This document shows, piece by piece, positions 1 through 13,199 of a DNA stretch of 64,000 nt; position 1 is the stretch's first letter, and each line of letters begins with the position of its first letter. Origin of the DNA: Vicugna vicugna (Eukaryota); contig MU058781.1 of the NCBI GenBank assembly GCA_013265495.1, positions 2,768,158-2,832,157 on the forward strand. The letters are read 5' to 3'. Both the position numbers and the translations under genes were made by a program. Under the pieces are notes generated by a model. That model had not been told where the DNA came from and ran no database searches. It saw only the letters and a program-made list of their open reading frames with translations.

Positions 1-159
1 TTGACCTGACAAATGTTTTAAGTTTCCAACGAGATGATGACTGAATTTATCCAAAGAGGATACAGCAACTGCTAGAATTATGTGTGTCTCTTATGTTGGG
101 ATCGCAGTATTTTCCATCCAAAGGGCAAGAGCAGATGCCAAGGGGCAAAGAAGAGGACT

Positions 160-600
160 GAATATTTTATTTTGCCCATTGAATCCAATCTCCACCCTTC
201 CACATCTTACTCTGCCGAGAAAGGCTTACTTTTATGGACTATATTAATGGTCCCACCAGCTGCCTTCTTGTTGGGTTTGGCCAATAGAAGGCCCCAGCAG
301 GAGTCCAGAGGGCAAGAAGAGAGAGTGAAGGGAGGGTATTTATTCCCCTAGCTTCCATTCTGGAGGTAGGATGCATTGCTCTACTTAAGGATCTAGTTCC
401 TATTAGAGGACCCTCTGGCTTCTGGTCACTACTCCTTGCCTCCTTCAGGTCTTGCGGTGGTAATGGATCCTGCCCTTGCCCTGGGGTAATTTACTACCCC
501 TAAACCCTTCACACAACTTTTGTAATTAGGCTTTCGACTAAATTCTTTTAATTACTCATTAGAGTTTGGCATGTTTTCTTTAAGGACCCTGCTTGATATA
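160..600 (+). mobile_element. Ancient ERVL-class solo LTR (LTR33-like)
   Basis: Recalled motifs 'gttgggtttggccaatagaaggccccagcaggag', 'gggtatttattcccc' and terminal 'ggaccctgcttgatata'. Boundaries approximate. Confidence 0.6.
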
Positions 601-624
601 CTAACATTTTATATCTTCTCTCAA

Positions 625-1160
625 AACGCTTCTTATTAATGTCTTCCAAATCTTGACATATGACAGACCCAGCTACTCAGGCCAGATATCTAGGTGACAT
701 CCTGGTGTATTCTTTTCCTTTCAGTCCTCAGACATTATTCACAACCAATTCTCCCTCTTTAACATCTCTTTTTACTTACTGTGCCCACTACTATGGCCTT
801 GACATTTGCAGCAGTTTGCTCACATAATTCCCTCTTCAGTTCTATGCTCACCATCCTACAAAGTTGCGGTTCAGACATGCAAAACTGAGCACATCTCATC
901 ATTTCTTAAAGCCATTTGATGTAACTTTCTCATCCATAGGTCTAAGTCCAAAGTCTTGAGAATGACACGGACAATTCTCCAAGCTCTAGATCTGCCTGTC
1001 CCTCTCCTCTTTTCCTTACACAGAATGCTTCACAATCCTGAATTGGTTGACATTCAGAGAACTGGCCAGGCTAGCTCGTGTCATCCTGCCTTTGTACATG
1101 CAGTTTGCTCTTCTCAGAAAGCCCTTCTTCAACTTTTCTATGTATCCTTTCCTGACTTAC
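625..1160 (+). mobile_element. L2 LINE fragment
   Basis: Pyrimidine-rich L2 3'-region motifs such as 'cctttgtacatgcagtttgctcttc' and 'aagtccaaagtcttgag'. Confidence 0.55.
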
Positions 1161-1194
1161 TTGAAAATCATGTCAAATTTATGTCACTATTTAT

Positions 1195-2250
1195 GTTCAT
1201 TCCCTCAATAAATATCTATGAACACTTACTCTATATCACACACTATTCTATCATTGAAGATATCATACTGAACAAAACAGGCATGGTCCCTGCTATCTCG
1301 GATTTTGAGATAAAGTAGAGAGACAAAGACAATAAATAAAAACAGTTAAATATACAGCATGGAAGTTTATGATTAAGGCTAGGGAATAACATGAAGCAAA
1401 TGAAGGAGGTGGGGGATTCCTGGGAGAGGATGCTGTTATATATAGGGTAGTCAGCGTTAAGTGTCACTGACAGGGTGACATTTGAGGAGAGATCTGAATG
1501 AAGTAAAGGACCAAGACGTGTGGGTAACTGAGAGCACAGCATGCTAGGCAGGGAGCCAACGATTTCAAAAGCCCAGGGGTTAAGCATGCACTTGACACCT
1601 TAAAGGAAAAGCAAGGTGGCCAGCGTGGTGGGGAAAATGTGACTGTTGTAGAGAATCATAGAAAATGAGATCAGAGATAAAGGAAACTTGGAAGAAACTT
1701 GGATTTAACTCAGGGAATGATGGGGAGCCTTTGGGGGTTTTGAGTGAAACACTAAAGTGATCTGATTTATGTTTTAAAAGGCTCATTCTGGCTCTGTGCT
1801 GAGAGTGGCCTGTAACTCAGCTAGGGGAGAAACAGAGAAGCCAGATAGGAGGGTGTTCTGCTAATCCTGAATAAGATGGCGGTGATGTCTACCAGAGTTC
1901 TCGCAGCGGAGGTGGTGCGACGTGCTGAAATTTGGGATGTATTCTGATAGTAGAGTCAGCAAATGGATATACTGAAGGATTTGCTGTGAGGGAGGGAGAG
2001 AGGGAAAGAAAAGGAGAGAGAGGGAGACAGAGACAGAGAGTTAAAAATGACTTTAAGGTTTTGCAACTGGGAGGTTGGGGTTGCTATTTCCTGCCATGTG
2101 GAATCCAGCAGGAGGAGCAGCTTTTAGGAGGGAAACGAGGAGCTCAGTTTGGGGCATATTACATTTGAGCTGCACACTAAACACCTTAGTGGAAGTCTCA
2201 AGTAGAAGTTTGAATATAGAAGTCTGGAGTTCATGTCAGAGATGTGGGCT
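1195..2250 (-). mobile_element. L2a LINE 3' fragment
   Basis: Starts with the reverse complement of the L2 tail ('ttcattccctcaataaatatctatgaacac'), followed by 'ggtgacatttgag' and 'ctcattctggctctgtgctgagag'. Confidence 0.8.
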
Positions 2251-3149
2251 AAAGAGCTATCATTCTCTGTAATAACACCTGTGATATTCTATTGGGTTTG
2301 TTTGCAAATTTATACTCCTAAGGAAACTGTAAGCTCCTTAAGTCCAGCAACTATGTCCAACTCAACTTTGTACTCATAGCATCTAGACCAATACTTAATA
2401 AATGCTTGTCAAACAAAAGAAATGTGTGTGTGGCTCTCATGTGCCACTCTTCCCCTTCTCCTTGACATACCTGTTTTCCTCTCTAATTCTCATCTGCCTG
2501 AAGGAAGGAGACATGTGGCACTCATTTATTTACCTCTACCACCTCAAACACCTAGCAGGTCCCCCAATATATGTGTCACATTGAATGAACTGTCCTATAC
2601 TCTAGTCAGCTCACTTTACATCTGTATTTAGGACATGCTGTTTGAATTAACAAGCACAGTTGTAAGTCTGAGATGTGCTTCCCTGCAGACCACATCCCTC
2701 TCCCATTCCTGGGCAAAATTAAACACAAGTGGAAAAAATGGAGAACCTATTCCACAGCCAAATAAAATTGATGCTAGTATGCTCACACAGTATCTATAAT
2801 ATTAATATAATCCTAGATTTTATAATGTCTTATAGTTTCCAAAAATCTTTTGTACACATTTTCTCCTATAATTCTTACCACTGGGTGACAGAAGGCCAGT
2901 GAGGACATGACTTCACAAATACTACACAATTATTAAATGGCACAGCTTGGACTCAAACACGCTTTGTGTGACTTTAATCCTAAGGCTACTTTCTCTACAC
3001 CATTTAATCTTCCTGGTCTCTATATTTTTAATGCAAAATGCTGAGTTTTGAAGCTCTATTTTCTACTGAAAGCTATTAAGATGTGTCTTAAACGTATTGT
3101 GATGACTTTTTAGAGCATGTGGCAAGCATGTCCAGTAAAATTTGTGATT

Positions 3150-3846
3150 CCTCACACCTGTCAGGATAGCTATTGATAAGATATCAAGTGTTGGTGAAGA
3201 TATAGAGAAATTGGGACCCTCATGCATTGTTGGTGTGAATGTAAACTGGTGCAGCCGCTGTGGAGAACAGTATGGTAATTCCTTAAAGCGTTAAAAATAG
3301 AATTACTATCTGACTAGCTATCCCAATTCTTGGTATGTATCCAAAGGAATTAAAATCAGGATCTCGAAGAGAAACTTGCACGTTCATTGCAGTGCTTTTC
3401 ACAACAGCCAAGATACGGAAACAACCTAAGTAGCTACTGACAGATGAAAGGATAAAGGAAACGTGGAATGATGGAATATTATCCAGCAATAAAAAAGAAG
3501 GAAATCCTGTCACATGCTACATGGTTAAACCTGAAGAACATTAAGTTAAGTGAAATAATAAGCAAGTTGCAGAATGACAAATACCGCATGATTCCACTTA
3601 TATGAGGTCTGCAAAATAGTCAGACTCATAGAAACTGCGAGTGGAATGGTGGCTGTCAGGCGCTGGTGGGAAAGGAATATGGGGAGTTGCTGTTCAATTA
3701 GTATAAAGTTTCAGTCATGTAATATGAATAAGTTCTAGAGATCTGCTATTCAACACTGCGCCTATACTTAACAGTATCGTATTACACACTTAAAATTTTG
3801 TTAAAAGGGTAGTTCCCAAGTTGTGTTCTCACGAAAATTAAAAAAG
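3150..3846 (+). mobile_element. L1 3' end (L1MA-like): end of ORF2 plus 3'UTR
   Basis: 'cctcacacctgtcaggatagct', 'cattgttggtgtgaatgtaaactggtgcagcc', 'atgattccacttatatgagg', and an A-rich end near 3840. Confidence 0.9.
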
Positions 3847-3949
3847 ATTTTGGAGATGATTGTTGCCTAGGAAAGAGAAGGTCGGACTCCACTTCGCTGG
3901 TAAAATGCTGGAGAAGTCACTGATTTGCAAAGCAGGTTGTAAGCATGGA

Positions 3950-4910
3950 GCATAGGGGCGGGGCCCCTGGGGCAGACCCTCCCCTACTCCCTGAAGGAGA
4001 CAGCATCCTAGGACCGAGATTGGCGATTTCTGTCTTCATTTTCTGTTGCCACTTTTCAGGCAACTCCTGGAAGAGGACACACTTCTGCTCGCTGAGGCAC
4101 ATGTTCCAAAAAACAAAGCTGATGTCGTCAGTTTCTTCTTCTCACATCAGCCAGTCTCATTTTTCTTTCTCTTTCAGGGACCCCTCCCTCCTCCACCAAA
4201 AGCTACTTGGTATTTCTTCCATCAGTGTTTCTCCTGTGCTTTTAGGAAAGGACCTTGTGAAAGAGGTGGGGTTGACATTATGGCCTCCCTTCTTCTTTGG
4301 ACACTTGCCTTTCAGACCCAACATTCAGAGTGTTTTCTGTCTCTCTTAAATTTATGGGAGTGCCAGACAAACATCAAAGGAGGCCATCTGGATTGCTTAC
4401 ATGATGCAAACAATGTAGTGTCCGTGTAGGACATGGAGTATTAAATGCTGAAACATCCAGGCCTTCCTCCCTGTCTCTGAGGGGGTCTTCATGAACGTTT
4501 TTACTTCCTGCAGTGAGGAAGACAAAGAGTTCTATGTGTAAAGCATAACCAGGCTTCCACACATCTGGAACGCTTCTACAGTCTGAACAAAGCTGCTGGA
4601 GGAGGACCAATGTACCCTGGCTCTGCAGTCTCACAGCATCACTGCACGTCCCAGAATCTTTCCTGGAGAAGTGCTGAGTTGTCTGCTGCCGCAGCTGCGG
4701 CTTCATACCATTCAGCTGATGGAAGTTTTCCAAGACCGAGGCATCTTCACGCTGCTCTCCAGGCTGGTCTGGACTGGGCATGTGACACCTGGATCATTCT
4801 GGGAGCCAGATCTCCAATTGTAGTCCCCCATCCACCCAGCCTCCACTCCCCAGTTTCCCTGTGGGCACGTCCAAGTTTGGCAGCCAAATTGCAAGTCTGA
4901 ATTCTGCCAT
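3950..4910 (-). pseudogene. Highly degraded intronless SNX29-like (sorting nexin 29 N-terminal RUN domain) processed pseudogene
   Basis: Manual minus-strand translation with frameshifts gives motifs colinear with recalled SNX29: EI-GSQNDPGVTC (EIASDSDSRVTC), NGMK (HGLK), ETAEP..W (TETEPVFW), EAWLC..NSL (RAWLRC..EHSL), LFA..VSNPD (LFAINIDNKD), ENTLNV (ESTQNV), KKKLT..ISF (KKKVTNIISF). Many stops and frameshifts. 3' boundary uncertain. Confidence 0.6.
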
Positions 4911-6250
4911 CTTCCTGGTCTTCAGTCTGACAGCTGCCTTGCTAGCTCCTTTTACCAATTTGTTCAGGTCAGGTTAGGAAACCCTTGCATTTTCACAAGA
5001 AGTCTTCATTCAACCATGCCTTCTTCTGGATGCTTGGTTGTTGAGGCCAGAATTTTAATGGTGTCCATTATAAGTAGAGATAATAATGTTATAGGTGTTT
5101 AGATGTCAGAATATAAAACAATACAGCTCTACTTTTGTATTTATCCTCTGGATCAGTATTTTATGGAAATCCAAGTTTGATGAGTCTTATTTTAATTTAC
5201 ATTTTTATGGAATATAAAAATTCTACACATCTAAATTTCAAATTATCTTCATCCTCTCTTTAACTTGTATGGAGCTGCCTACCTCTCACTTTGGTCTATA
5301 TAATAATTTCTCAGAAATGATAAAGAGGGAGGGAGCGATTGTAAACTGTAGAAATACGTGAGGAGTAAGTCTCATATTTTCTACAAAGAGTAGGTAGATG
5401 TGTATGATCTATAGTAGTGGGCCAAGCACTTATGAGATGTTTAGGTCCTGTCTTGTTCTTTTTTCCTAAAATTGGGCCAAATAATAATTCTGTACATGTC
5501 TTGTTCTCCAAACTGCCTATTTTAAATTATTTTTTAATTTACTCTGAGTTTTATAAAAGCCCTCTTCTGGTTTCTTTCATTACCTGTATCTTTCTTTGTC
5601 CTGGGGGACATTTGGAAATCACAAGCTTCTGATTTGATCAGGTCTGAGAATCCTGATCAAATGAGAAGAGGAGACAACAAGAAGCATGGGCCCCTTGTAC
5701 AATGGGAACTAATACATATTTTTAAGAATCCAATGTGACTTGGAATGTTTCTCCATTGGTCCCTTTCAAATTTATTTGACTGAAGTGCATACACATTTGT
5801 ATATTCATTCTAAGCCACATGGAAGCAAGAGTTGCTAAGTTAGGCTGGAGTCTTGTAAGACAGCCAATGTCTCTTCTTTCTTTCACATCCACCACTCCAT
5901 GAGAAGAACAAGTCTCTGGGAGAATATTATGGCCATTTTCATTCTAACTAGGGGCTAAGAAAACAAATAAATGCACTCAGAACAAAACATAAATGTAAAT
6001 TAATCATAATAACAGAGACATGAAATCTTGTGGAGCCAACACTGTCACTTCTCCAAAGTTGAAAGTAAGAACTGTGGAAAATTGAGCTCCACTGGGAAAT
6101 ATCTCAGATTTCTGTCTTGAATTCCTACGTTATAGGGAATTTATCTCTTGGCTGGTATTTCATCCATTCCTCAAAAGTTGATAGCTACAGTTCTTGTACA
6201 CTATCCTAGTTATTAATTTTTGACCTATCAGAGGGAATCTAAGATTGTCC

Positions 6251-7800
6251 TGTGGTGATGTTAAAATCCTGTTCTCTCCTATTTGACCTTCATCAGGGAT
6301 TGAGATTACCTGGATTATTCCAAGTCACATCACAAGACTAACTCCATGCTAGACTGTCTAGACTTGACCAAATCTAAACTGGACTAAAGGTGCTATCTGT
6401 CCCCAACCCAAATTTAAATTAAGAAGGAACGAGAAAGAAGCATACATATTCATTAAGTTTCTCTACTGGCCTAACCACCAGAACAGCCAGAGTAACTTCT
6501 ACAGAAAACCGTATTCAAGAAGTTCCCTGAGTCGCAACAGCCTGAGGTTCAATAGGATTATGATAAATAACAGCAATAAAACAGAAGTCTATGGCTTAGT
6601 GTCCACCAGTGGATCACTAGAATCCCAGGCTTCTCGGAGACCTTTCCTTGTAGGAGTTTCTATGTCTTTCCACCTTTCAAGATGGCTTTCTTCTCCCACC
6701 CCTTCTTGTTGGTCTCTGGTCTTCAGCTTGCCCCAGTGCTCCCCACTTGTGGCAATCTCTCTCACTCTCCATATTGGTGATATTGCTATGATCCTCACTG
6801 CTTTTGTATTCGGCTCACTGAACTAGATGGATAACACCCTCATGCTTTAGTTCCTGGGACACCTACTTCCCATTTGTTTATGGTCCATTAAGTTCATTCT
6901 CCCACAGAGCAGTCTGAGAGATAATCGGAGTGTTGTGCCCCACACTGTACTTACAGCCCCGAGCCAATATCAGTCACAATGCCCCTCTCTCCCGACTGGG
7001 AGCCAGATCTGAATGTTAAGGAGGGGCCTCGATTCCAGGACAGTCCATTTTTGGATTTCTGTCACTACCTCGACATGTCTACTCACTGTATCTTTCCTGA
7101 GGCCACTTGGTTCCTCCAGAGGCCCAGGCATGCCTGAATTCTTGGTGTTCACACGGGTTAGGCCCTTGCTCTCGGACCTTGACCTCCTATTTTTCATGCC
7201 TTTTCTCCTGTGTTCTCATTTCAGTGATCATCTGTCAGATCTTCTTAATACTCTCAGACACTGGTCTTAACACTTTGAAAGCCCATCTAACATTTACCCA
7301 TCTAACTCCAAACCAATATGATGTCCCCATTCTTCTGCCTTTTATGATAGTGTTTCTATACTAATATCCTTTCCTAGGATATAATTCCCTATCACTGAGG
7401 TTGAACGAGGTCAAGACATCCCAGACTGCTGCTCCTGGAAGCCCTTTGCTCCCATCCAGGGGGCTCAGAGATGAGATGTTCATACCCTCATCAGTGAGCA
7501 GTGCAATCTTTTGGCAACAGAGGAAGAAACTACTATTTTCATTTGTGTTTCACCTAAAGAACAGTAAACAGTCAACTTTATAGTCTCTACTCTGAGTCTT
7601 GACACTGTTGCCTTTTTTGGATTGAATGACAAAAGGTGACATATCACACATGGTCCATGAGGGACCCTGATGGAAAGGCGTCCTAGAGGCTTGACCATCA
7701 CTTGGTCACCAATTGCCAGCACAGTGGCACATACTGTCATTTGTGTTTGCCCGATTGAGCAGACTATAGATTATATTATTTGGTTTTACTAAATTAAATC
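6251..7800 (-). mobile_element. Probable ancient Gypsy-type LTR retrotransposon relic: integrase C-terminus, PPT and 3' LTR (~6251-6978)
   Basis: ORF 7480-7740(-) reads 'VLAIGDQVMVKPLG...HGPCVI', resembling a GPY/F module. On the minus strand, purine tract 'gggagagagggg' (6993-6982) lies 3 nt before TGTGA (6978). Candidate LTR end '...ACCACA' at 6251. Confidence 0.45.
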
Positions 7801-8639
7801 TCATGATGTGGTTAACTGGCTTACAAAAATGGCTGCAAAAAATCACAGATTAAAATAATAGTAATAATTTTGGCAAAAGGAGAAAAAAAAGAGCTGACTC
7901 TTCTGCATCCCATATAAGCTCTCATCAGCCAAACTGGGAGGTAAAAATAATGAATATTTAATCTGACATCAAACAAGAATTATAGTAACCAAGAAGTAAA
8001 AAAACAAATCTCAAATAATCAGGAGGACTATTTGATATATGGATTTAAAGTCATTGTGGTGAAGAATGAATCTCATTTAAGGATATGTAGCTGTGGTTTG
8101 AGATATCAACCATGGCAATTAGAAAGACATTTAAAAAGAATTCAAACATTATTAATATTTTAAGTGGGAGCTAAAAGCTGTTTGGTACCATTAATAGAGA
8201 ATAGAACTATTTAAAATCAGTAAGAAATAAAAATTACCTTTAAACGTATTTTGTTTTTATCATATTCTTTTAAAATTTATGCTTAATAGGTCATATATGA
8301 TGTATATATAAATTATAATTTTTAAATGATGAATTGTGCATATACAGACACGTTGGTTTAGTACTTCTGTATTGATAGGAATAAATGGCCAGAAAAGATG
8401 TTAGAAATGGTGTCTTTTAGAGGGAAAAGAAAGAGCAGGATATTCTTATGCAAACTTATATTAGAAATATTTTTAAATCATCGTACAACCTGTAAAAAGG
8501 AATTGATTTTCTTTGTCTTCCCTCCCATGATTTTCTCTTTAGAACTTCTTCTAATTTCAATGGCCTCTCCATTCTGTTTTTTCTCTTTAAAATGGAAATG
8601 GTAGCCAGCTCAACTTCATCTTAACATTGTAGTACTGTG

Positions 8640-9145
8640 AAATTAATGTCAAGTCCATTGTATCTCCATTCCACAACTTCTGCTGCCTTTCCATCTCGAC
8701 ACCCACCCCACAGTAGCCATCAAAACCCTATAGGATCTCACCCCACCGCTTCCTCCTAACCCCATTAACTACGGTTCTCCCCACCTTCACGGACTCTGCT
8801 TCACTCTCAATCTTGACACGTCAGACTCCTCCCTCATACTTTCATTGTTTCCAGGTTTTCACATAGTTGATGCCCTGACCTGATTGGGTCTTTTCTGAAC
8901 TACTGCCTTCTTAGTGAGGCCTTCATTGGCCAACCAAATCTGCTCCTATCCTTTTCTCTTGCTTTATTTATCTCCTAGACACTTACCACTATCCAATGCA
9001 TACCTATTTTATGTATCTATTTTATGCCCATCATCCTCTTGCACAATGTAAGCTCCATAAGGGCAGAACATTTTATTTATAATCTCTAATGCCTGGACAC
9101 TGTCTGGCACATAACTGAGTCTTAATTAATGTTTGTTGACCACAT
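8640..9145 (+). mobile_element. L2 LINE 3' fragment
   Basis: 'aatgtaagctccataagggcaga ... gtctggcacata ... aatgtttgttga' is a typical L2 3' end. Confidence 0.75.
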
Positions 9146-12100
9146 ACATACATTGTATATTGCCTTAAAGTTAGTTCAATGACAACTTAACTATCATTGA
9201 ACTCTAGCACAAATTAATTACTATAGTTTTATAATGTATGGAAAGGGAGGTTTTGTTCCCTCAAGGACTAGGACTTCTTGGAGGAGACCAATACTGTCAC
9301 TTTGATGCATCATATTTGAGAAGAGGACAAAAGATTTCACTAGATTTAAATAACTGGGGTTTCAACACATAAAATATTTAGTTTGGGAGACCTATGCATC
9401 TTTAAAATTCTGGAAATATATTTAGAAGAATTCTTTTCTGATGCATTTATTTCTTAGAATATCTGTGTAGAAAATGCTTAGATCCTCTCTATCCAGAGTC
9501 CTTACAGAGGATAAGTTCATGGATGCAGAATTGAAAATAATATAAATTCAAAGAAATGATTTAATTGATTCTCTAATGATGTCACAGAGAAGGAACTAGA
9601 AGGAAACTAACCTGTGGAGTCATCCAGACTCCAGTCATCCAGTCATCCCTTTAGTTTGGAAAAACTAAATTTCAGGGGTGGCATGGGGTAATTTAGGAAG
9701 CAATATGATTGGGTAAATCCACTGAGGAAAAAAGACATGTTATGGGTAACAGTGGAGAAGAGACACGGCGTTAGGGTAACAACTTTAGAAAGCGGTGAGC
9801 TTTGGGAGCAATTTCTTTCTTACGGAATAATCTCTCTCTTGAAAAGGGAGAGAACAGAGGGGATGATCAAAGAGCAGAGTAGAAAATAACTTCTGCAGAA
9901 ATATAATCAGAGTTATTACAATCTTCACAGAAAAATGCTCATTTTAAAGGGAACTGATGGCATAGATGTTTTCTTCTCTTAGGAATCTATCTAATTCTGG
10001 CCTGAAGGTAATGAAGGAAATAAGAACTCATGGGGATGATGGTGCCTCTAAGTTATTTCCTCTGCTCTGTTAGTGCCAGTCTTTTATCAGCAAGGAAGGC
10101 CTTCAGGAAAGAGGTCATGCACCAATTATCATCAGCTGCACACACAACTTGCAGGACATTCCTGAAGTCACACATTTCCAGGACACAACAGAGATACTGC
10201 AAAAACGAACCAAATAATTGCTTTCTTTCTGCCCTAAAGATACCCCTGCACAGTGTCTCCTTTTTCAGCAGCTCTTACAGAACAAGTGAGTCAAGTTATC
10301 AATGCTCTGCTGAATAAATGGCCTCTTTTTCTTATTGTTTCTGACTTTTTTCGGGGAGAAACACTAGTTATAGGATCGATAATCTATTCTGATAGCTTTG
10401 TTGGGTTGGCCAAAATTCAATTTTTTTTATCATGCATGCATTAAGTTTCAAAAATATAATCTTGCCTCTATGATTCTGATGCAAGATACCTCTTCATTCT
10501 TTGCTAATAGAGACATATGACTTCTTTTAATGGTAATCAATCAATCATTATTGTTAGGCTTTGAAATTTGTTATACAGAAAGTGCTTTCTTGCTCATTTT
10601 AAGATTCTTGAAGTTAAGGAAGGGCTGTATCTAATTCATCTTTCTTTCCTTAAAATATTGTATTTGTCCTTAATAGATGCTCAGTAAAAGTTTTTCAGAT
10701 CAATGAATGGCTCAACTAATCAATAAAAGACTGAATTAAAAATGAGCATCAAAGACATAGTTTATGTCCCTAAGAATGTTAATATGTAGGTGAGGAAACA
10801 ATATACAGTCTAGTAGAATTAAAATGGGATAGTAAATGCCAAACAGGTGGTATAGATGGTAAGTTCTAATAAACTCCAGCAGTGGAAAGGCCTCCTGGTA
10901 GATTCAATTTGAAATATATATTGAAAAATAAGTAGGACTTCAGTAACCGGAGGAGATGTTAGGGTATCCCTAGCAGGGTAGTGATAGGAGTAAAATCCTA
11001 GAGATGGAGGTGTTTTAGGTGTGATCTTGGCATAGTCATGAGGTCAGTTCGGCAGAGGAAGTGGCCAAGGAAGGGGTTTAGACTTTATCCTGTAAACAAC
11101 ACTGAATTCTACAGTTGTAGAATTCATTGTCACCAGTGACTTCTAGACTCCAGGAGAGAAGCTAGAGACACCAGTTAAGGGCAGACAGAGACAGAGATAA
11201 GTGCCACAAAAGTGACTGGTGCTCTGATGAACATGTGAATTAGGGTATGGCAGGCAGTTGATTCCACTGATGTTGGCTTAGCATGCGAGTTTCTGGCCCG
11301 GGCTCTGCCTTTCAAGTTGGACATTTTCCACTGTGCCCAGAGAGAGAAAAAAACAATGGCTGCATTTCAAATTGTCTGCTCAGCCTCGAGAGCCATCTTC
11401 AGGCAACTCATCTCACTTCCAGTTCCCCATAAGAGCAGAAATCCTACCAGACGCACTGGCCACCACACAGCCTCCAGCATCACTAATTACTAGAGTTTTC
11501 CAAGGGCTCCAAATCCATCATGAGTCACGTAGAAAAATCTCTAAATTATTTTCAAGGTCTTTAAAAAAAAATCACAGGAAAAAGTCATCAAATTCCTTAA
11601 TACAACACATGGTACATGTTTCTCCTTTGATCAACACATGATAGACAGTAAGATGTCCTTATGTTTTTGTGACTTTTAAAATAAAAATGAAAGCCCTATG
11701 AAGATGTTTCTTCATCATCTGTATCCCCTTTTAGAGGGTAGCAATAGCCAATAAATAACCAATTTAATTTTTGGCAGTGTAGAGAATTATCACAATGTTA
11801 AAGCATATTTAAAATATGGTTTATAAAGACTCAGGCTTTTTCCTAAGTCTATCATCACAGTCTTTCAACTTTCAAGTAAGAAGACACTATTTAAGTCCAG
11901 CTGGGTTTGCAGAGGAGGCACCTTGGCCCTCCCTAGGAAGTTAACTTGCTTTAAAAGTGAACTTCAAGAAAATAAATCCATTCAGAATTTTAATGTAGGG
12001 GTTGGGAACTTGGCTTCTGCTAAGAGATCTTGATATCTTTCCCTGCTGAGCTTTGCAGTCTCACAGTTTAGTGGACTAAGAGGGTGGCGTGAATTTGAAT

Positions 12101-13199
12101 AGCAGCCATTCTAGAAAAATCCTGCCAAGCATGGCAGAATTTGGTGTTAATAACTTCAGTAGTCTAGAGAGATGGAAACGGAGGTGCACGTTGTCACACA
12201 GGGCTAAAGGAGGTGATACGGCTTTCTTATTTCCAGTGAGGTTTGGTGTTTACAAGGATGTCTAAAGTTAGGGTCCCCGCCCTCTCCAGGTGGTTCAGGG
12301 AAATCCCTCCCCTTCCCGTCCTAACCCAAGTCCCACATCAAGGACCATATAATCAACCCCTGTTTATGATGAACCTTGAAGAACCTTGAAGACTCAGGGC
12401 TCCATCAGCACTATCGACTTACAGGTGGTTTTCTGAGACTTTCTTCTTAGTTTCTCAGCATTTCTCATGTCTGCACCTTAGACACTTGTCTTCCCAATAA
12501 CCAATGGCTGATTATCTTGGATCCCTGCCTTTCTTCTCTGCTCTCTGGTAACTGCATATGCTGTAGGCCTTTTACCTTGAGCACTCAAGTTCCTGACACC
12601 CGGCTCGTGCTTGCATTCAGCCAAGAGCACACTCACATACAGTTGTCACAGTTGCTAGTCCTGACCTTGACTTGGATTTCCCTGCTGAACTGCCTTTCTC
12701 AGACATCACACTGCTGTACGACCTCATTAAGGAGGTTTGTGGAGTCGCTTCCTTGGGAAGTTTTCATAAGAGAGGCTGAATAAACTTGCTTGGATAGTAC
12801 AAGTCTAGCCTTGGCCTCAGAGGCATCCTTACAATGTTATGACCCTTCCCAGCATTGTTGCTACAAGCCACACAGTGCCACGTTGGAAAGAAAGAATTTC
12901 TGTGGGTTACAGATAATTTCTGACAGCCTCATCTCAGGTTCAATTTCAGGTCTCCCTCACATGAGATGTGTCATGTTTGTGTGGATGTTAAGTCTTAGGA
13001 ACACTAAAAGGAACGTAGAATTACAACCATACAAACTAAAGCGAGAGCCACAAAAATGAAGGCCTTCCATTTTTCCTCTAACCATTAAACATTTCTAGTA
13101 AGAAATCGAAATTGACACCTGTTTCATTTATTTTACCTTTAGAGAGAGTCCTGAACTTTCTTTACGTTGTTGTGGCTTGCTTTTTGTTCAAGGGATTGA

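Noticed and set aside
4200..4700. Alternative identities for the 4-kb block (hAT transposase, TCP11-like)
   Set aside because: Only isolated two- to three-residue resemblances. SNX29 gives several colinear motifs with matching spacing.
3945..4900. Plus-strand ORFs (134, 127 and 96 aa) as genes
   Set aside because: They are best explained as antisense shadows of the decayed minus-strand pseudogene. I recognise no product.
12371..12392. Short tandem 'gaaccttgaa' x2, and similar ones at ~9618-9649
   Set aside because: These are ordinary slippage micro-duplications with no array or spacer structure.
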